Below, piece after piece: positions 57,011-64,000 of a stretch of 64,000 bases of DNA (the first letter of the stretch is position 1; each line of letters begins with the position of its first letter). The stretch lies in the NCBI RefSeq assembly GCF_000143415.4, contig NW_003314419.1:83715-147714 (forward strand), in the 5' to 3' direction. The notes under the pieces were generated by a model. That model was not told the origin of the DNA and searched no databases. It saw only the letters and a program-made list of their open reading frames with translations. This stretch comes from Selaginella moellendorffii (lineage: Eukaryota > Plantae > Lycopodiophyta). A program made the position numbers and the translations under genes.

Positions 57011-57472
57011 ATTCTATGGCACCTCCATGTCTAGCTTGTGTTGAACATCCTTACTAAAATGTTATCCCAACTCTAATTTGTTCAAGGATGCCTTGTAAAT
57101 ATGGCAAAGTAAACATTTAATTTGATTCCACTATATTGGTTATTATTGTAGGTAATTGCACTAATGGAAGATATAGATCTTGTTATCCTTGCCGTTGGCC
57201 AATACTATAGCATATCATATCCTCTTCAACCTAATTCACATACTTAGTCTACCCATTCATTTGAAGATGATCTCCATTCGAGAGCTTTAAAGTCACTTAT
57301 ATAGCCTTCATAAAGCTTTTCCAAAATGCATTATTGACTTTGAATCTTGATCACTCTTAATTAGGATAGATCTTTGAACTACTGTGAACTTTTTCTGGAG
57401 TTGTTTCCTTGGCGGTATTCTAGACTCGAGTATGCATCGACGAGGACGTCAATCTTCCCAAGGGGGGGAGAG

Positions 57473-58618
57473 TGTCGCGAATGTGACTTCAGGTATCGAA
57501 AGTTACCTGTCGGCTAGTCCTTACGGACACTCTTACCTTACTGCCACAATGGCAGGAGGTCGGTATTGCTGGACCCGTTATCAGTTTCCCACTTGAGCTA
57601 GTTGAGAAACTGGTCAATGACCATGAACTTAGATTGGATAAACATAAGGTAGGAACCCTATGTGTTTCTTGCTGAGCATACTCGGCCTGGTTTGAGAAAC
57701 TTGAGTCATTGGCTTGCACTTGCTAGTATCAAGAACCCCCGCGATATTGAGATTGGTCCCTCAATATCGCTAGATGATAGTTTACCGTGTCTGCCAAACA
57801 CCCTCGCTATCATGCCCTTTGTGTTAGTCTCATTTTGGTCCCAAATGCTATTTATGGAAAGTGTCCAGATTTGCTCATTTGGCATATCTGCGGAATGTAG
57901 AGATTGTCTTGAACACAATGGTGTTCGTCCCGTGCCCAAATTCACAATCTAGGGACATTCCATATTTGGTAAGTTTCGAGCTTGTCCCAGAGACTAACTC
58001 CTGATACTAAGGGAGGCTTGGGGTGAAAGCCCAAAGCGTGTGTTCCTCAAGGGCGGGGGGGCTGTGGGGGGTTCCAAATGTATAGTAGGGATAGTGGGTA
58101 GGTCAGGCATGGCTGACCAACCTGAGGCATAGTCTAGCTCCCGCTTGCGTGCCTGTCCTTGTTCTGCGTCCGGCTTGGGTCTAAGCCCAAGTTCCATTCC
58201 ATGCTAGCTGGTGGAGTACCCATATCCTCGCGTTAGGCCACCGGTATGCCGAAATAGTGCCAGACTCCATTTGGCTACATTTTGCATGCTGGTCCTGGCA
58301 TTGGGATGCTGGTTGCTCCAGGACTGTCCCAAGTCGCTCCGGGCTCTTGTCCCTTCACTCCTTGGGCTTCATGCTCGGGAGTTGCTCCGTGGTTTGGTTC
58401 TGTCACTCCTCGGCTCCATGCTTGGGAGTTTGGCACCGTTCCTTCGTTCAGTGGCCCAAGGCCTTGAACCTCAGGTTCCTATGGATAGGTGGCATGGACA
58501 CGTGGCATGTGACATGTGGCATCTGTCACGTGGCACAAAGAGGGTTTAGGTTCCGCTTTGTGGTGTTATCCTATGGTAAATCACCATAGGATAAAGGGTA
58601 AAAACCACGTGCGCTACA
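57473..58618 (+). mobile_element. 1146-bp LTR preceded by its PPT (3' end of a gypsy element)
   Basis: AAGGGGGGGAGAG directly precedes TGTCGC...GCTACA; several related copies lie downstream. Confidence 0.8.
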
Positions 58619-58919
58619 ATCTTCTCCAAGTAGACCATAGACATGTCTAAAGCAATAATAATCTTTAAAAGAGCTAACAATTGCATATACTTTATCAATT
58701 AGTCCACTATGACCACATTTGCTCCTTTTCCCTCTATGTTTAGGGCAAACAAGTCTATGGAGACCATGGAGATATTATACCAAGGTTGCAAAAGTCACCC
58801 TAGCTTCTTTTATGGCATTTTTACCCATTGACAATGCTTTCATAATTTGCAATACTTGAGGATATTAACTTTCATATTCCTCTAATAAAAATTGTGCTTA
58901 ATCACATATATCTTCTTCC

Positions 58920-59490
58920 TGTAAGCTCTTGAATTTAAACTTCCCCAAATGTCATCCAACCCAATATTATTTAAATCCAAAGATGGTTAACCCCAAGTAT
59001 CCTAAGACCTTTAACTAATTGAAAAAAGGAATGCATTTTTGTTCATTAGTTTTTTCCTTCTATATTTGAACCTTTACAGATTGTCTCTTGAGTTGTTATT
59101 TATAATTTTTTTCTAAGCCACCATACTTCTTTACAAATTTACACCCTTGTGCACAAAAGTTAAGAGCTATAACTCTCCTAAGAGCCTTGCTCTTTTAACA
59201 CCTTACCCCTTTGGTTGAGCCCAGCCAAAGCAAACTAGACCACCAAATGTCAATCTCAACATATGGTGTGATTCTTTTATCCAATCAATAGAGTTGGATT
59301 TGAAACCTTTTTAATACTAAATGTAAACTTCTAAATTTAAGAGAGGTTACTGAGCCCAATACTATTCAAACCCAAGGATGCTTAACTTAAAATATTTTAA
59401 AACCTTTAACTAATTAGAAAAGGTGGCACACTCTTGTTCATAAGCCCTTTCCCTCTATACTTAAACTTCTATAGATCGTCTTTATTGTAA
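58920..59490 (-). mobile_element. Second, more degenerate Cassandra copy
   Basis: Reverse-complement similarity to both LTRs and the internal region of 56419-57010. Confidence 0.8.
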
Positions 59491-59599
59491 ATATGGTTTT
59501 GGGTATTGAAAATTACTTGTCAACTAGTCCTTTTAAATATTCTTCTCTTATTGCTATGATGGTAAGAGATTAGTTTGTTAGTTCTTTTTAAAATCCCTT

Positions 59600-61012
59600 T
59601 TTTTCAAGTGTTAGTAAACTGGGTTTAGCATATATTTAGATGAATATAAAGTAGGAACTCTTATGTGTTTCTTGTTGAGTATCCTCAATTTGGTTTTTAG
59701 TTATTTTTTATTTTGTCTTGCATTTACTTGACAAGAACCTTTACAATTTTGAGTTTGGTCCCTCAATATCACTAGATAGTAGTTTACTGTGTCTACTAAG
59801 ACACCCTCACTATCATGCCTTATGTGTTGGTTTCATCTAGTCCCATTGACTATTATGAAAAGTGTCTAGATCTACTAGTGAGGCATATCTATCGCAAATG
59901 TGACTACAGGTATTTTTGGTTAGTCCTTTCGTATATTTTTCTTTACTGCCACGATGGTAGGAGGTCAGTATTGCTATGCGCTACATCAATCCCTCTTGTT
60001 CAAGTGATAGTAAATTAGGCTTAGCATTTATACTTAGCTAGATGAACATAAGGTAAGAACTCCTATGTGTTTCTTGCTGAGCATACTTGGCTTGGCTTTT
60101 AGTTTTCTTTTGCTCTGTCTTGCACTACCTTAACAAGTCATATAAAATATGTGATATTTTCAACATGAGAAATTAAAATTAGAAAAATAACTAACAAGAG
60201 ATACCTTGATACAGTCTCTAAGAACCCTTATTTATTAAGACTAGTCCCTCAATATCACCAGATGATAGCTTACTATGTCTGCCAAACACCCTCAGTATCA
60301 TGCCTTATATATTGGTTCTATAGTTATTTATAGAAATGTTTAAATTTGCTAATTTGGCATATTTATGGAATGTAGGGATTATCCTAAACACAATGGTGTT
60401 TGTCCCATGTCTAAATTTGCAATCTAACACTATTCTATTTTAGTAAGTTTCATGCTTATCCTAGAAAAAGGGGGGGGGGGGTGGTATGGTTCCAAATGTA
60501 TAGTAAGGAGGGATAGTAGGCATGGTTGACCAACCTCCAACCTGAGGCATAGTCTAGCTCCCGCTTGCGTGCCTGTCCTTGTTCTATATCTAGCTTGGGT
60601 TTAAGCACAAGTTCCATTCTATGTTAGCTGGTGGAGTACCCATATCCTTGCGTTTGGCCAACGGTATATAGAAATAGTTCTAGACTCAGTTTGGCTATAT
60701 TTTACGTGCTAGTCTTGGCATTGGGATGTTGGATGCTCTAGGATTGTTCTAAGTTGCTTCATGCTCCTATTTATTTCTTCCTTGGTTATATATTTGGGAG
60801 TTTCTCCGTGCTATGGTCCTTTTGCTCCTTGGCTCCATTTTTAAGAGTTTAGCTTCATTCTTTCATTCAATGGCTCAAGGCCCTAAAACTTGGGTTCTAC
60901 TCCACTATCCTTGGACACGTGGAATGTGGCATATGGAGGGTTTAGGTTCTACTTCATGTTATCCTATAGTAAATCACCATAGGATAAAGGGTGAAAATCA
61001 TGTGTGTTACAT
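59600..61012 (+). repeat. Rearranged, degenerate copy of the 57473-58618 LTR
   Basis: Colinear similarity, including the terminal TATCCTAT..ATAGGATA hairpin; the 5' part is duplicated or inverted. Confidence 0.75.
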
Positions 61013-62109
61013 TTTTATCAAAGGATGAGTCTTAGTGACTATTATCCAATGAGATTGGGCAATTAGTCTCATTGCATATGCAAAGATAAAAATGATGATC
61101 CAAGTGGGTACATGTTTGGGTGCTAAGACTTTGCATTCATTCCATAGGTATACATTTTGGGTACCTTTTTGTACCATATTATGTAAGCTTACTTTTGGGC
61201 TTATAAGATGGATTGAGATGTTACGTTTGTAAGAGTTTGCACTTGGGCTCGTGAGTGAAGCATATTAGCTATTCAAGGTTACACTTTGAGTTGGCAAGAT
61301 TAATATTAGCCTATCAGGGGTTACCATGAGTTGAACCATATACCATAGGTAAAAATAAACCTCCTTTACATTTGTCATGAGTGGTAAATAGGTTGGTCCA
61401 TAACTATTTAGCATGGCACTAATGAATCCTTCCTAGGTATAATTATAAGTGAATCAATCAAAATTGTAAAGATTAGTCTATTGGTTCAAGTAGTTATTGC
61501 TATGTTCTCTCATAAACTTTTCTTAGACTAGATTGAAGGTAGTGCAAATGCAAACTTGAGGTTTGGTCAAAGATGAGACCGAAAATAGTCCTTAAGAATG
61601 AAGGATCAAATACATAAATCATTTTCTTTTTTTGGAGAGATGATTTGCAATAAGGTGTTAACTCATTGCTTGTATTCACATTATGAAATCGAGAGTCCCT
61701 ATCTTGATGCATATTGGTTATGATGGTCTTACAAGTGGTGAGTTGTAAGATGGATAGTGGTGAAGCACTAAACCATTTTGTTTAGGCTTGCAATGCTCAA
61801 TTCCAATGCAATTCTAATGGGTTGCAATGCTCAATTCTTTTCTGAGGAACCTTGCTATTGCTCTTTAAGTAGCTTGGTGTTGGATTACTTTCGAGTTTGA
61901 TTGGATAGAGAGTGGTATGAGTTTGTCTATATTGTGAACAAAAGTTAGTGTATTAAGTGCTATAAATCTCTATCGGTAAAGTGTGGTATCTATGTTGTAT
62001 TTTGTCAAACTGAGTTTGCACTTCATACTCATATAAACCTTGAAGTAATGACATGAACATTGCTTATGATGTTGCTCAATTGATAATCAAATCATTATGA
62101 TACTTATAT

Positions 62110-63780
62110 ACTTTTAGGGCCTTGGGCCACTGAATGAATGGATGGAGCTAAACCTCTAAGCATGGAGCCAAGGAGCAAAGGAAGCAAAGCACAGAATGAC
62201 TCATAAGTGTACAACCCAAGGAGCGAAGGGATGAGAGCATGGAGCGATTTGGAATAATCCTAGAGCATCCAATATCCCAATGCCAAGACTAATATGCAAA
62301 ACGGAGCTAAATAAAGTCTAGTGCAATTTCAATATACCAATGGTCTAACACAAGGATATGGGTACTCCACCAGCTAGCATGGTATGGAGTTTAAGCTTGG
62401 ACTTAAGTCGGATGTAAAACAAGGACAGACATGCAAGTGGGAGCTAACTATGCCTCAAGTTGGTCAGCCATGCCCGACCTACCCACTATCCATTTGAAAC
62501 CCTCTACAGCCTCCCTCCCTTCCCCCTCCCCTTTGAGGAAATGCATGCTTTGGCCTCCTTAGCACACTTGAATTTGGAGTTGAACTCCAAGACTGTTGCA
62601 CAACAAAACGAGGGTCTAGTACAAGCCCATGAGCACCAGGTCCCCATATCTAACACCTACATGCAAAATGGTGTTAAATAGTGTTTGGCACAATTTTGGC
62701 ATACTGCGTGGCATAACATAAGGAGGGTACCCCATTAACTAGAGCAGCATGGAGCTTAGGCTTAGACCCAAGCCAAATATAGAACAAGTGTTAGGATCCT
62801 ATCCCTTACACCCTAAGCCAAATAACTAAAGGGGTGATCACTTGATTGCAGGGCCTTTTCTTTATCCTATTATCCTAACTTGGTGCCTAACAATAAGGAA
62901 TGACATAGCCTAGTAGGAGCCAAACTAATGTCTTAAGTTTGGCCCCCCCTCCCCCTCCCCCCCATTCCCTTGAGGAACACATGCTTTGGGCTTTCACCCC
63001 AAGCCTCCCTTAGTACAAGGAGTTAGTCTCTGGGACTAACTTGAAACTTACTAAATATGGAATTGTGCTAGATTGTGAATTTGGACATGGGACAAACACC
63101 ATTGTGTTCAGGCCAATCTCTACATTTCATAGATATGCCAAATTAGCAAATCCAGACACTTTTCATAATTAGCTAATAGAACAAAATGAGGCTAATACAA
63201 ATAGCATGATAGCGAGGGTGTTTGACAAACACAGTGAGCTATCATCTAGCGAATATTAAGGGATGAATCTCAATATCGTGGGGGTTCTTGATACTAGTAA
63301 GTCAAGCTAATGACATGAGTTTCTCAAACCACGCCAAGTATGCTTAGCAAGAAACACATAAGGTTCATACCTTATGTTTATCTGATTTAAGTGTAAGATC
63401 ATTGATCAGTTTCTCAACTATCTCAAGTGGGAATGATAAAGGGAACCAATTGTGTTGACCTCCTGCCGTCATGGCAGTAAGGAAAGAGTGTTCATAAGGA
63501 TTGGATGACAAGTATCTTTCGATATCCGAAGTCACATTCACGACACCTCCCAACACTAGCAAGTGCAAGCCAACAACACAAGTTTTTCATCATCGTATAA
63601 GGTATGCTTAGGATTTGCTTAGTGCCCTTTCGGTCTAAGTGTATATATGGTGATCAGTTTCTCAACTAACTTAAGCTGAGACAAATAAAACTTCTAGCAA
63701 TATTGACCTCCTACCATCATGGTAGTAAAGAAAGAATATCTGAAAGGACTCGCCAACAAGTAACTTTTAATACCCTGTAT
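62110..63780 (-). repeat. Minus-strand fragments of the same LTR family
   Basis: Reverse complements at ~62110-62550, ~62740-63545 (LTR start at 63545) and ~63560-63780. Confidence 0.75.
62789..62892 (-). mobile_element. Solo LTR of the 104-bp TRIM family
   Basis: TG..CA, matches 55711-55814, TSD ACAAG/ATAAG, inserted in another LTR. Confidence 0.88.
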
Positions 63781-64000
63781 GTAAGCAACTAATTTTTCCA
63801 TTCTACTTTAGTCACTTAACCATACCTCCGACCACATGGAGGAGTCTCACTCACAACCTCTATATGTCCTATTTTGGACTTGGGCTTGCTAGCCCCAAGA
63901 ATGGCATCCCCGCCACTCAACCTTTGCACTTGGTCCAAATGCTCCACGTGTCCGATCCCATGACTGACACCCCAAGGCACCACCGATATATTGGTCCGTT

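Larger units (their letters stand above)
56100..58919 (-). pseudogene. Decayed gypsy integrase split by nested insertions
   Basis: Degenerate integrase motifs occur in order at ~58620-58919, ~57011-57370 (SDQDSK..AFWKSF) and ~56100-56418 (PYEVLECIGKVTY..IHSVFYVNQLK). Confidence 0.65.

Overview
This is eukaryotic nuclear DNA from a land plant with flagellated sperm. The ~45-60 nt introns, flagellar genes and plant-specific families fit a lycophyte such as Selaginella (inference). Four genes look intact: NSF (542-3762, with a 55-nt AT-AC minor-spliceosome intron) and a tightly packed trio of a DRC9/IQCG-like gene, an unknown E/R/K-rich coiled-coil gene and IFT56/TTC26 (47.9-55.1 kb). Between them lies ~43 kb of Helitron-rich DNA with several hairpin+CTRR 3' ends, RPA70 and RepHel remnants, and many unrelated host-gene fragments. 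Two full-length decayed Ty3/gypsy elements inserted into that region. The 5-kb element has a G_GGA_AAC slippery site plus H-type pseudoknot at its gag/pol junction. The 10.7-kb Athila-like element has extra ORFs at both ends. The last 9 kb is a nest of TRIMs, 5S-bearing Cassandra elements and LTR fragments inside a decayed gypsy pol. All family assignments are from visual motif recognition; no database search was run.
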